Shown here piece after piece: positions 53,169 through 61,170 of a stretch of 64,000 bases of DNA. The notes beneath the pieces were generated by a model. That model was not told the origin of the DNA. It ran no database searches and saw only the letters and a list, made by a program, of their open reading frames with translations. The stretch is from an uncultured Chloroflexia bacterium. Its GTDB lineage: Bacteria > Chloroflexota > Limnocylindria > Limnocylindrales > CSP1-4. The translations under genes and the position numbers were made by a program. The stretch's first letter is position 1. Every line of letters begins with the position of its first letter. Where the stretch lies: the NCBI GenBank assembly GCA_963759135.1, contig CAVWXU010000026.1:2854-66853 (forward strand), written 5' to 3'.

Positions 53169-54971
53169 ATGCCGATCCACTACCTCGACGTCGACGATGA
53201 GGTGACCACGGCGGTCGCGCGGCTGCGGTCGTCTGCCGAACCCCACGTCGCGCTGGTGCTGCCCGCCGGGTCCCGCCTGGCGACGAGCCGCATCAACTTC
53301 CGGCTCCTCGCGCGCGAGGCCGCCGCCCGCGACCTGCAGCTGGCGATCGTGGCCCCGGAGACCGCCGTCCGCGCGATCGCCATCGCGGCGGGGGTGCCCG
53401 CCTACGCCACGGTCGGATCCTACGAGGAGGCGCTCGCGGACGAGGCCGCACAGGAGGCGCGGGAGCGGCGCCGCATGACGGGCGACGCCTCGTTCTCCGG
53501 CGCCGCCGGACGCCGCCCGGCAGACGGCGCGGCCATGGACCAGCGCCAGGCGAGCCCGTCCGGCCGCCCGCCGGAAGGTTCCGCGCCCGCGACGCCGGGC
53601 GCGGCCTCGAGGGGCCTGCCGCGGGATGCGTCGGGCGCGACACAGGGGCAGGAGACCGACCGGCGCGCCGACGGCGGGGTCCCGGGTCGCGGCGCGCCGG
53701 CCGTGGGCGAGGTGGCGGCGGAAGGCAGCGTCGAGGGCGCGTCCAGGATGGGCGCCCGGTCGGCGGGCGCGCTTCCAGTCGCCCCCCGCGTCCATGAGCC
53801 GCCTCGGCGGCGGCGTGCCCGGCTGGCGCCGTTCGCCGTCCTGCTCCTGCTCGTGCTTGCGGCCGGCGGAGCGGCCGCGTACGTGGTGCTGCCGAGCGCC
53901 CAGATCGTGGTCACGCCGGTCGCCGTGACCCAGGGGCCCATTCAGCTGCAGGTGACCGCCGACCCTGCCGCCAGCTCGGTCGACGAGGCCCACCTGGTCA
54001 TCCCGGCCCAGCAGGTGAGCCTGCCACTGGCGGCCCAGGGGACCTTTCCGGCCACGGGCCAGAAGGTGACCCAGGTGGCGGCCACGGGCTCCGTCACCTT
54101 CGTGAGCAACGACACGATCGACCCCGTGACGATCCCGGCCGGCACGACCGTCGCTACACCGGACGGCGTGCAGTTCGTCACGTCGGGCACCGTCGTGACG
54201 CCGCGCGCGACGGTCAACGGCACCACGATCACGCCCGGACGCGCGACCACGGGCATCACCGCGGTCGCCCCGGGGCCGGCCGGCAACGTCGGTCCGCACA
54301 CGGTCATCGTCGTTCCGACCCGGCTGGAGGCCTTCCAGGTCACCGTGGACAACCCCTCGGCCACGAGTGGGGGGAGCCGGACGGTCACGAAGGTGATCAG
54401 CCAGCAGGACTACGACGCTGCGGCGACGCAGCTGACGTCCCAGATCGACACGCAGCTCGCGACCGGCGCCGCGAACCCGTCGCCCGCGCCCACCGGCGCG
54501 ACGGTGATCCCGGCGACCGCGACGCTCGGCAACGTGGTCACGGCGCCGGCGGCCGACGCGCTCGTCGGCGTCGCGGGGTCCTCGTTCCAGCTCAGCGCCA
54601 CCGCGATCGGCTCGGTCCTCGCCGTGTCGGAGCAACCGCTCGCGGGTCTCGCGTCGTCCTACCTGGGCGCCCAGGTTCCAGCCGGGTGGTCCCTCTTCGC
54701 GGACTCCGTGCACACGAGCGTCAGCGACCCGATCGTGCAGGACGGCCACGTGCTGTTCACGGTGACCGCGCAGGGTGAGCGGTGGCGAGCCGTGGACCCC
54801 GCTGCGCTGCTGGCGCAGGTCAGGGGGCGGAGCGTGGCTGAGGCGCGGACCATCCTGTCCCAGTACGGTGACGTGTCGATCACGACCTGGCCGTCGTACG
54901 TGACGACGATTCCGACCCTCGACGCGCGGGTGTCGCTGACGGTGGCGTCCCCGAAACGGGCGGGTTCGTGA
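53169..54971 (+). CDS. Single-pass membrane protein: ~90-aa cytoplasmic domain, disordered linker, TM, large beta-rich extracytoplasmic domain
   Basis: Track ORF. N-domain MPIHYLDVDDEVTTAVARLR...LAIVAPE, TM LAPFAVLLLLVLAAGGAAAYVVL, then a T/V/G-rich region (ATGSVTFVSNDTIDPVTIPAGTTV...). I recognise no family. Confidence 0.6.
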   Translation: MPIHYLDVDDEVTTAVARLRSSAEPHVALVLPAGSRLATSRINFRLLAREAAARDLQLAIVAPETAVRAIAIAAGVPAYATVGSYEEALADEAAQEARERRRMTGDASFSGAAGRRPADGAAMDQRQASPSGRPPEGSAPATPGAASRGLPRDASGATQGQETDRRADGGVPGRGAPAVGEVAAEGSVEGASRMGARSAGALPVAPRVHEPPRRRRARLAPFAVLLLLVLAAGGAAAYVVLPSAQIVVTPVAVTQGPIQLQVTADPAASSVDEAHLVIPAQQVSLPLAAQGTFPATGQKVTQVAATGSVTFVSNDTIDPVTIPAGTTVATPDGVQFVTSGTVVTPRATVNGTTITPGRATTGITAVAPGPAGNVGPHTVIVVPTRLEAFQVTVDNPSATSGGSRTVTKVISQQDYDAAATQLTSQIDTQLATGAANPSPAPTGATVIPATATLGNVVTAPAADALVGVAGSSFQLSATAIGSVLAVSEQPLAGLASSYLGAQVPAGWSLFADSVHTSVSDPIVQDGHVLFTVTAQGERWRAVDPAALLAQVRGRSVAEARTILSQYGDVSITTWPSYVTTIPTLDARVSLTVASPKRAGS

Positions 54972-55492
54972 GCCGACTGCTCGGCCTGGACGTGGGCGAT
55001 CGGCGCGTGGGGCTCGCGGTCGGCGACGATGCTCTGGGCGTGGTTCGACCGCTGGCGGTGGTGCGTCGCGGCACGCCGGCCGAGGACGCCGAGCGTCTCG
55101 CCAGGGTCGTCGCCGAGCAGCGCGTCGACGAGATCGTCGTGGGGCTGCCGCTCGACATGGACGGCGGCGAGGGCGAGCAGGCACGGTTGACGCGAGCGTG
55201 GGCCGCGGAGATCGAGCGGCGCACGGGGCTCCGGGTGGCGTGGCGCGACGAGCGCCTGACGACCGAAGCCGCCGAGGCCGCGCAGCCCCGGATGCGGCGG
55301 GACCGAACGACCGGACGGCCCACCCGTTCGGCAATCGTCAACCGCCGGGCGCGCGTGGACCGTGACGCCGCGGCGCGCATCCTTCAGGCCGAGCTTGACG
55401 CGCGTGGACGGGTGACGGAGGAAGGGGCCGCGCTCTCCCGACCTGGTCTGTGGCGAGGACCGGAGCGGCCGCCGGACCGGACGGACGCGTGA
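54968..55492 (+). CDS. ruvX: Holliday-junction-resolvase-like nuclease RuvX (YqgF)
   Basis: Track ORF with a GTGA overlap. LGLDVGDRRVGLAV, and EIVVGLPLDMDGGEGEQA. Confidence 0.9.
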   Translation: MSRLLGLDVGDRRVGLAVGDDALGVVRPLAVVRRGTPAEDAERLARVVAEQRVDEIVVGLPLDMDGGEGEQARLTRAWAAEIERRTGLRVAWRDERLTTEAAEAAQPRMRRDRTTGRPTRSAIVNRRARVDRDAAARILQAELDARGRVTEEGAALSRPGLWRGPERPPDRTDA

Positions 55493-56796
55493 CAGGGCAA
55501 CGGCCGGCCGACGGGTCGGACGCGTCGACCGGCGAACGGCCGGCACATGGGGTCCGCAGCGGCCGCTACGCGCCGCGAACGCGCGTGCCGCGTGGCGGAC
55601 CCGTCGTGGGCCGGGTCGCGGCCGCGCTTGCGATCCTCGCCGTCGCGGGCGCCCTCCTGTGGCTGCTCGTTTCCGTGGTCATCGGGCCGGCCGTCAACGG
55701 CGTCGTATTCGACTTCGCCGAGAGCAACCCGTCCCTGCTCCACATCGGCCCGGTCGCGAACATCGTGCGGGACCGCCTGGGCGACGAGCTGACCAGCCCC
55801 GCCGGCACCGACCCGACCGTCGTCCACTTCACCGTGTCGCTCGGGGCCACCGCCGCGGACGTCGCCAGGGACCTGCAGCAGGCCGGTCTCGTCCGCGACC
55901 AGTTCGCCGTGACGTACCTCGTGGTCACGCGGGGCCTCGCCCAGCAGATCGAGGCCGGCGCCTACGACCTGAACAAGACGATGACCCCGGCAGGCATCCT
56001 CGCGCGCCTGCAACAGGCTCCGGTGACGACCGTCACCGTCCAGCTGCGAGAGGGCCTGCGCATCGAGCAGATCACCGCCTACCTCGAGACCCTGCCGCTC
56101 AAGATGGACGTGCAGGCGTTCTACGAACTCGCGATGCATCCGCCGGCCTCGATCCTGTCCGCGTATCCCTTCCTGTCGAGTCTGCCGGCGGGGCGCTCGC
56201 TCGAGGGGTTCCTCGGGGCGGGCACGTTCGACGTGTACCAGGACGTGACGCCGGAGGACCTGCTGAAGGACCTGCTCGACCTCTGGCAGACGGAGATCGG
56301 GACCGGACCGATCGAGGCGGCACAGAAGGAGGGACGCGACTTCTACCAGGTCCTGAGCCTGGCCAGCCTGGTCGAGCAGGAGGCACGCGTCGCGTCCGAG
56401 CGGCCGCTGATCGCCGGCGTCTACGCCAACCGCCTGACCAGGGGCATGATGCTCGACGCCGACCCGACCGTCATCTATGGGTTCGACACGGTTCAGCTCT
56501 CGAAGATCCCGTTCGCGGACTGGAAGAACTACGTCTTCTGGAACGCACTTCCCAACCCGGGAGCGGTCAAGCTCCCGAAGGACCTGGCGGGCTTCCAGAC
56601 CTACGCGACCACCGGCATGTTCCCGGGGCCGCTCTGCACGCCGAGCCTCGCCTCGGTCGAGGCCGCGCTGAACCCGGACACGAAGACCGGCTATCTCTAT
56701 TTCGTTGCCAGGACCGACGGCAGCCACACCCATGCGTTCGCGAAGACGTACGCCGAACAGCTCGCCAACATGCGCTTGTTCGGGTATATCCAGTAA
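55489..56796 (+). CDS. mltG: Endolytic murein transglycosylase MltG (YceG)
   Basis: Track ORF 55450..56796. I prefer GTG 55489, which gives a GTGA overlap with ruvX like other junctions in this window. TM VAAALAILAVAGALLWLLV, and YceG motifs LEGFLGAGTF and LASLVEQEARV. Confidence 0.88.
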   Translation: MTGQRPADGSDASTGERPAHGVRSGRYAPRTRVPRGGPVVGRVAAALAILAVAGALLWLLVSVVIGPAVNGVVFDFAESNPSLLHIGPVANIVRDRLGDELTSPAGTDPTVVHFTVSLGATAADVARDLQQAGLVRDQFAVTYLVVTRGLAQQIEAGAYDLNKTMTPAGILARLQQAPVTTVTVQLREGLRIEQITAYLETLPLKMDVQAFYELAMHPPASILSAYPFLSSLPAGRSLEGFLGAGTFDVYQDVTPEDLLKDLLDLWQTEIGTGPIEAAQKEGRDFYQVLSLASLVEQEARVASERPLIAGVYANRLTRGMMLDADPTVIYGFDTVQLSKIPFADWKNYVFWNALPNPGAVKLPKDLAGFQTYATTGMFPGPLCTPSLASVEAALNPDTKTGYLYFVARTDGSHTHAFAKTYAEQLANMRLFGYIQ

Positions 56797-56831
56797 GCAT
56801 CGGGTGAGCCGAGGACGAGAGGAACCGCGGT

Positions 56832-58028
56832 TCAGGTCTGGTCGAGCTCCCGGCCGCCGTTGGCCGCGGCCGGACCCAGGATGCTTCCGTGCGCCGCCGC
56901 TTCGCCCGACGCGTACCAGCCGCGAAGGCTCCCGCGCCAGAGCGCGCGCTCGTGGAACTTGCCGGTCGGGTTGATGCCGTCGAGGCCTCCGGCCGTGACG
57001 AGGGTCTCGAGCAACGGGGCCAGCTGCGACCCATAGACGTGCATGCACGGCTCCGGTCGAACACCGGGCCACGAGTAGCAGGAGACAACGGTCCGCCGCT
57101 CACCGGTCGGGATGCCTGGCGGAAGGGTATCCCAGGCCGGATCGTCCGGCCCGAACTCCCACTGATCGAGGGTGCCCTGGGGGATGCCCTCAACCCCGCG
57201 GACCACCGGTGGTGCGACGTCCAGGAGATACGGGTCCACGGACAGGTCGCAGACCACGGCGTGCTTCGGCAGCAGGGCGAGCCAGGCGTTCGGGACCAGC
57301 GCTCGCGACGGATCACGGCGTGCCGTGGCGTCCACGAGCAGGTCGGTCATCAGGAGGCGCGCCTTGAGGTACTCCGGGTCACCGGTGAGGTTGCGGCCGG
57401 CGGTCACCACTTCGACCCCGGGCAGCCCCATCCGCGCATAGGCCTCGTTCCGGGCATCGTCTCCGTACTTGGTTGCGAACTCGACCGCGTGCCGGCCTAC
57501 CCTGCCCGCGCCCATGATCAGGACCTTGACCGTGGAGTGCCGGGGGCCGGCCAGCTCCGGCCAGGTCCGCTCGAGCGCGGCGAAGGCGGCGGAGATCCCG
57601 TTCCAGGCGACGCTGCGAAGGTTCTCGACCAATCGGCGGCCGTCGTCGTTGCGGATGAGGTCGAGGCTGATCGCGTCGATCCCCATCTCTCTCAGCATCC
57701 GGACGCGCGCGGGGCGGGTCGCGAAATGCAGCATGGACACGAGCATGGCGCCCCGGCGCAGGCGGTCGTACTTCCCTTCCGGTGCTCTGAGCACGAGGAC
57801 GAGGTCCTGCCGGTAGCAGTCGTCCTCGTCGGAGACCACCACGTCCGGCGACAACATGCTGTAGTCGAGGTCCGTGTAGCCCATCCCGGAGCCGATGCCG
57901 CTCTCCACGTGCACCTCGGCGCCGTTGGCGGCCAGGAGTCCGATCAGCGGCGGCAGGAAGTCGCGCCGTTCATTCGGCTCACGATGCATCCGTGGGATCC
58001 CGACGGTCACCTGGGTGCCGTTCGCCAT
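56832..58028 (-). CDS. AlaDH/PNT-family NAD(P)-dependent dehydrogenase (paralogue A)
   Basis: Track ORF 56832..58034. ATG 58028 lies 6 nt after GAGGAGG. VGIPRMHREPNERRDFLPP resembles the AlaDH N-terminal motif. Rossmann motif VLIMGAGRVG. Confidence 0.75.
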   Translation of the reverse strand: MANGTQVTVGIPRMHREPNERRDFLPPLIGLLAANGAEVHVESGIGSGMGYTDLDYSMLSPDVVVSDEDDCYRQDLVLVLRAPEGKYDRLRRGAMLVSMLHFATRPARVRMLREMGIDAISLDLIRNDDGRRLVENLRSVAWNGISAAFAALERTWPELAGPRHSTVKVLIMGAGRVGRHAVEFATKYGDDARNEAYARMGLPGVEVVTAGRNLTGDPEYLKARLLMTDLLVDATARRDPSRALVPNAWLALLPKHAVVCDLSVDPYLLDVAPPVVRGVEGIPQGTLDQWEFGPDDPAWDTLPPGIPTGERRTVVSCYSWPGVRPEPCMHVYGSQLAPLLETLVTAGGLDGINPTGKFHERALWRGSLRGWYASGEAAAHGSILGPAAANGGRELDQT

Positions 58029-58156
58029 CGCCACCTCCTCACTCGGGCGCCGCGGGGCCGGCGCCGCAGGGCCGGCGGGCCCGAGTTGTCACTCGAACGA
58101 TAGCCACTCGGCGACGCCACGGTCGAGCCGTCCCGGCGATGCCGGCGAGCCACCAC

Positions 58157-58192
58157 GGCGCCGAGCGCCCCGGCGGCGCCGAGCGCCCCGGC
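58157..58192. repeat. Perfect tandem repeat 2 x 18 nt (GGCGCCGAGCGCCCCGGC)
   Basis: Lies in the divergent intergenic region between the two AlaDH/PNT paralogues. Confidence 0.9.
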
Positions 58193-58215
58193 GGCGGCGG
58201 TGCGATGCTGTGCTC

Positions 58216-59361
58216 ATGGGCATGTCCAGCGAGCGCCAGCTCACGTTCGGCTTTCCGCGCATGTACAACGAGCCGGGCGAGCGACGGGCCTTTCTGCCGG
58301 CGCTCATCGGCCTGCTCGCGAACATGGATTGCGACGTGTACGTCGAGGCCGGCAGCGGGGCAGGCATGGGCTACTCCGACGACGACTACCGTGCGACGTC
58401 GCCCAGGGTGCACATCGTCGACGAGGCCACGGCCTATCAGCAGGCCGTCGTGGTGGTGCTGCGGGCACCCGAAGGACGCTACGAGCTGGTCCGGCGCGGC
58501 GCCATCCTGCTCTCGATGCTCCACTTCGCGACCCGGCCGGAGCGCGTCGAACTGCTGCGCCGCCTGGGCATCGAGGCGATCGCGCTCGACATGGTCACCG
58601 GCGACAACGGGCAGCGCCTGGTCCAGAACCTGCGCGACGTGGCCCACAACGGACTGGCTGCCGCCTTCGACGCCCTCGAGCGGCGCTGGCCGCCACTGCT
58701 CTCGCCCGCCCGCCCGCCCGTGAGCGTCACGATCATCGGCGCGGGCGGGGTCGGCAAGCAGGCCATCGAGTGGGCCGTCCGGTGCGGTGACGACGCGCGC
58801 AACGAGCGGATCATGCGCGAGGGTCTGCCCGGGGTCGAGGTCGTGGTGGTCGACCAGAACCTGTCGGGCGACCAGGGGTACTTCCGGCGCCGCCTCGGCC
58901 AGACCGACATCCTCGTCGATGCCACGGCGCGCCGCGACACGTCGCGCCCACTGCTCCCCAACTCCTGGCTCGGCTGGCTGCCTGACCACGCGATCGTGTG
59001 CGACCTGGCCGTGGACCCCTACCTGCTCGACGACGATCCGCCCGTCGTGCGCGGGATCGAGGGGATCCCGCAGGGCAACCTGGACCAGTGGGAGTTCGGG
59101 CCGGACGATCCCGCCTGGGCCCGCCTGCCGCCCCTGATTCCGACTGCCAACCGGCGAACGGTCGTCTCCTGCTACTCGTGGCCGGGCGTCCGGCCGGAGG
59201 CGTGCATGGAGCTCTACGGCCAGCAACTGACGCCGCTGCTCCAGACGTTGATCTGGTACGGCGGGCCGACGGCGATCGGACCGGACGTCTCGTTCCACGG
59301 GCGGGCGCTCTGGCGAGCGAGCCTGCGCCGTTTCCTGGGCGAGGAACCGCCGGCCCGCTGA
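58216..59361 (+). CDS. AlaDH/PNT-family NAD(P)-dependent dehydrogenase (paralogue B)
   Basis: ATG 58216 inside track ORF 57895..59361. FGFPRMYNEPGERRAFLPA and VTIIGAGGVG. Collinear with paralogue A at roughly 60% identity by eye. Confidence 0.75.
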   Translation: MGMSSERQLTFGFPRMYNEPGERRAFLPALIGLLANMDCDVYVEAGSGAGMGYSDDDYRATSPRVHIVDEATAYQQAVVVVLRAPEGRYELVRRGAILLSMLHFATRPERVELLRRLGIEAIALDMVTGDNGQRLVQNLRDVAHNGLAAAFDALERRWPPLLSPARPPVSVTIIGAGGVGKQAIEWAVRCGDDARNERIMREGLPGVEVVVVDQNLSGDQGYFRRRLGQTDILVDATARRDTSRPLLPNSWLGWLPDHAIVCDLAVDPYLLDDDPPVVRGIEGIPQGNLDQWEFGPDDPAWARLPPLIPTANRRTVVSCYSWPGVRPEACMELYGQQLTPLLQTLIWYGGPTAIGPDVSFHGRALWRASLRRFLGEEPPAR

Positions 59362-59420
59362 GCGCTCCAGGCGGGCGGCATCGGCATCGAATTGGGGGAG
59401 ACATGGAGGACGGACCGGGC

Positions 59421-59451
59421 AAGAAAAGAGCCCCGGCGGTTGCCGGGGCTC
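59421..59451 (-). terminator. Rho-independent terminator (minus strand)
   Basis: GAGCCCCGGC-aacc-GCCGGGGCTC followed by TTTTCTT on the minus strand. On the plus strand the same stem is followed only by GTGTT. Confidence 0.55.
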
Positions 59452-59478
59452 GTGTTCAGCGGCGTTCGCGTGCCGCCG

Positions 59479-59620
59479 CTAGACGAGGTGGCCTCCCTGG
59501 ATGATGAGGGCCACGATCGAGATGAGTGCAACGAGTCCGAGGGCGACATGAAATCTTCGCGAGGGGATGCGTGCGCTCACCGGCACGGATGGACTTGGCC
59601 TGATCAGTCCAATACGTCAT
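59479..59620 (-). CDS. Possible small tail-anchored membrane peptide (about 46 aa if one extra T at ~59552 is removed)
   Basis: ATG 59620 lies 6 nt after AGGAG (MTYWTDQAKSIRAGERTHPLAKI...). The +1 frame continues as ...HVALGLVALISIVALIIQGGHLV* and stops at 59479, just before the terminator. Length is 3n+1. Confidence 0.3.
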
Positions 59621-59789
59621 CTCCAACTCCTGGTATGCCTGCCGTCCTGCTGGAACGCTCCCGCATCGTCGAGCCGCAGGACCGGGCATGCAATGGCCCA
59701 TCCGTACGTGGCCGCATCGCCGGTCGTCCGATGCCCTGCCGGCGCGGCCTATCCATCCAGTCACCTGCGCACCGATGCAGGGTCCACCC

Positions 59790-61022
59790 ATGACCGACCT
59801 GCCCCTCGCCTCGAGAACGCCCGGCGCCCCCACAGCCGACGACCTCGCCCGCTGGGCCAGGGCCGACGAGGAAGCCCGTCCCGCGCGGCTGGCCCGCCTC
59901 CGCGACCGGCTGGTCGCCGCAGGAGTCGACGCCTACTTCGGCGTGAGCCGCGAGAACACCCGCTACCTGACCGGCTTCGCACTCGCCGAAGGGGAGGAGA
60001 AGGTCGCGGGCGACTCGGGACGGTTCCTCGTCGGCGCAGACGAAGTCATCGTGCTGGCCGACAGCCGCTATCGCGAGCAGGCGGAAGACGAGTGCCCCGG
60101 GGCCCGTGTCGAGGAGTCGTACGGAGACCTGGCGGAGCGCTGGCCGGGGCTCGTGACCCGCCTTCGCGCGCTCGGCGGCGGCCCGCTGCGCAGGGTCGCC
60201 GTCGAAGCGAACCTCGTCAGCCGCGCGCTCTGGGAGCAGCTTCAGGCCGCCGCGCCGGATATCGAGCTGGTGGCGGGCAGGGGCTGGGTGGAGGAACTCA
60301 GGGCCGTCAAGGAGCCGGCCGAACTCGAGCGGGTCGGCGCGGCCTGCGCGGTCGCCGACGCGGCGCTGCAGCGGCTGCTGCCGTCGATCCGGGCGGGCGT
60401 CCCGGAGCGGGAGCTCGCCCTCCAGCTGGAGTGGGACGTCCGCACGCACGGCGCGGAGGCGCTCGCGTTCGACGTGGCGTGCCTGTCCGGGCCGCGCGCG
60501 GCGCTGCCGCACGGATCGCCGGGCGACCGCCGCGTGCGCACGGGCGAAGTGCTGCTCTTCGACTTCGGCGCCCAGGTCGGTGGCTACCGGAGCGACATGA
60601 CGCGGACCCTGTTCGTCGGCGCGCCGTCGGCTGCGGATGCAGCGATCCACGACCTCGTGCACCGGGCGCAGGAAGCCGCCTTCGAACTGCTGCTGGCTTC
60701 GGCCGCGAGGCACGAGTCGCCGACCGGCGTGGCGGTGGACGCGGCCGCCCGCGACGTGATCCAGCGCGAGGGCCACGGCGCCCACTTTGGGCACGGCCTG
60801 GGCCACGGCATCGGCCTGGCGACGCACGAGGTCCCTTCCATCAGCTGGCGCGCGGTCCCCGCCGCGCTCCCGTGGCCGACGGTGTTCTCGATCGAGCCGG
60901 GCGTCTACCTTCCGGGCCGAACCGGCGTGCGCATCGAGGACCTCGTCGCATTCGATCCCGGTGCCGGAATCGTCGAGCGGCTCACCGGCTTTCCTCGCGG
61001 GCCGATGGTCGTCGGCGAATAG
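59790..61022 (+). CDS. pepP: Xaa-Pro aminopeptidase (M24B)
   Basis: ATG 59790 inside track ORF 59688..61022. DFGAQVGGYRSDMTRT, GHGLGHGIGL, EPGVY and RIEDLV. Confidence 0.88.
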   Translation: MTDLPLASRTPGAPTADDLARWARADEEARPARLARLRDRLVAAGVDAYFGVSRENTRYLTGFALAEGEEKVAGDSGRFLVGADEVIVLADSRYREQAEDECPGARVEESYGDLAERWPGLVTRLRALGGGPLRRVAVEANLVSRALWEQLQAAAPDIELVAGRGWVEELRAVKEPAELERVGAACAVADAALQRLLPSIRAGVPERELALQLEWDVRTHGAEALAFDVACLSGPRAALPHGSPGDRRVRTGEVLLFDFGAQVGGYRSDMTRTLFVGAPSAADAAIHDLVHRAQEAAFELLLASAARHESPTGVAVDAAARDVIQREGHGAHFGHGLGHGIGLATHEVPSISWRAVPAALPWPTVFSIEPGVYLPGRTGVRIEDLVAFDPGAGIVERLTGFPRGPMVVGE

Positions 61023-61170
61023 CGGAGGCGCTGGACGAGGGCAGAGGCGGGCCGACAGACAGAGGCGGTCGACAGAAGAGCCGGTCCGGCCCGCCCCCGC
61101 GTACAATCCACGCACCGACACGTCCGGCGCCGCTGCCTGCGGCCGCCCACCGACAGGAGTGATCCTGACC

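Noticed and set aside
584-55334. Very long track ORFs that might suggest giant proteins: 584..4576 (-), 6287..8680 (+), 6645..8675 (-), 17244..19175 (-), 27765..30764 (+), 34426..36912 (-), 46133..51415 (-), 51288..55334 (-).
   Set aside because: Their translations are R/P/G/A-rich low-complexity sequence, except where they coincide with a real gene. Most run antisense or out of frame to genes with clear family motifs. Stop codons are simply rare at this GC content.
59392-59793. Plus-strand track ORF of 133 aa, and other small plus-strand ORFs, in the AlaDH-pepP spacer.
   Set aside because: There is no usable RBS (GGGGGAG sits only 2 nt from the ATG), the composition is not protein-like, and the ORF runs through the terminator stem and into the pepP upstream region.
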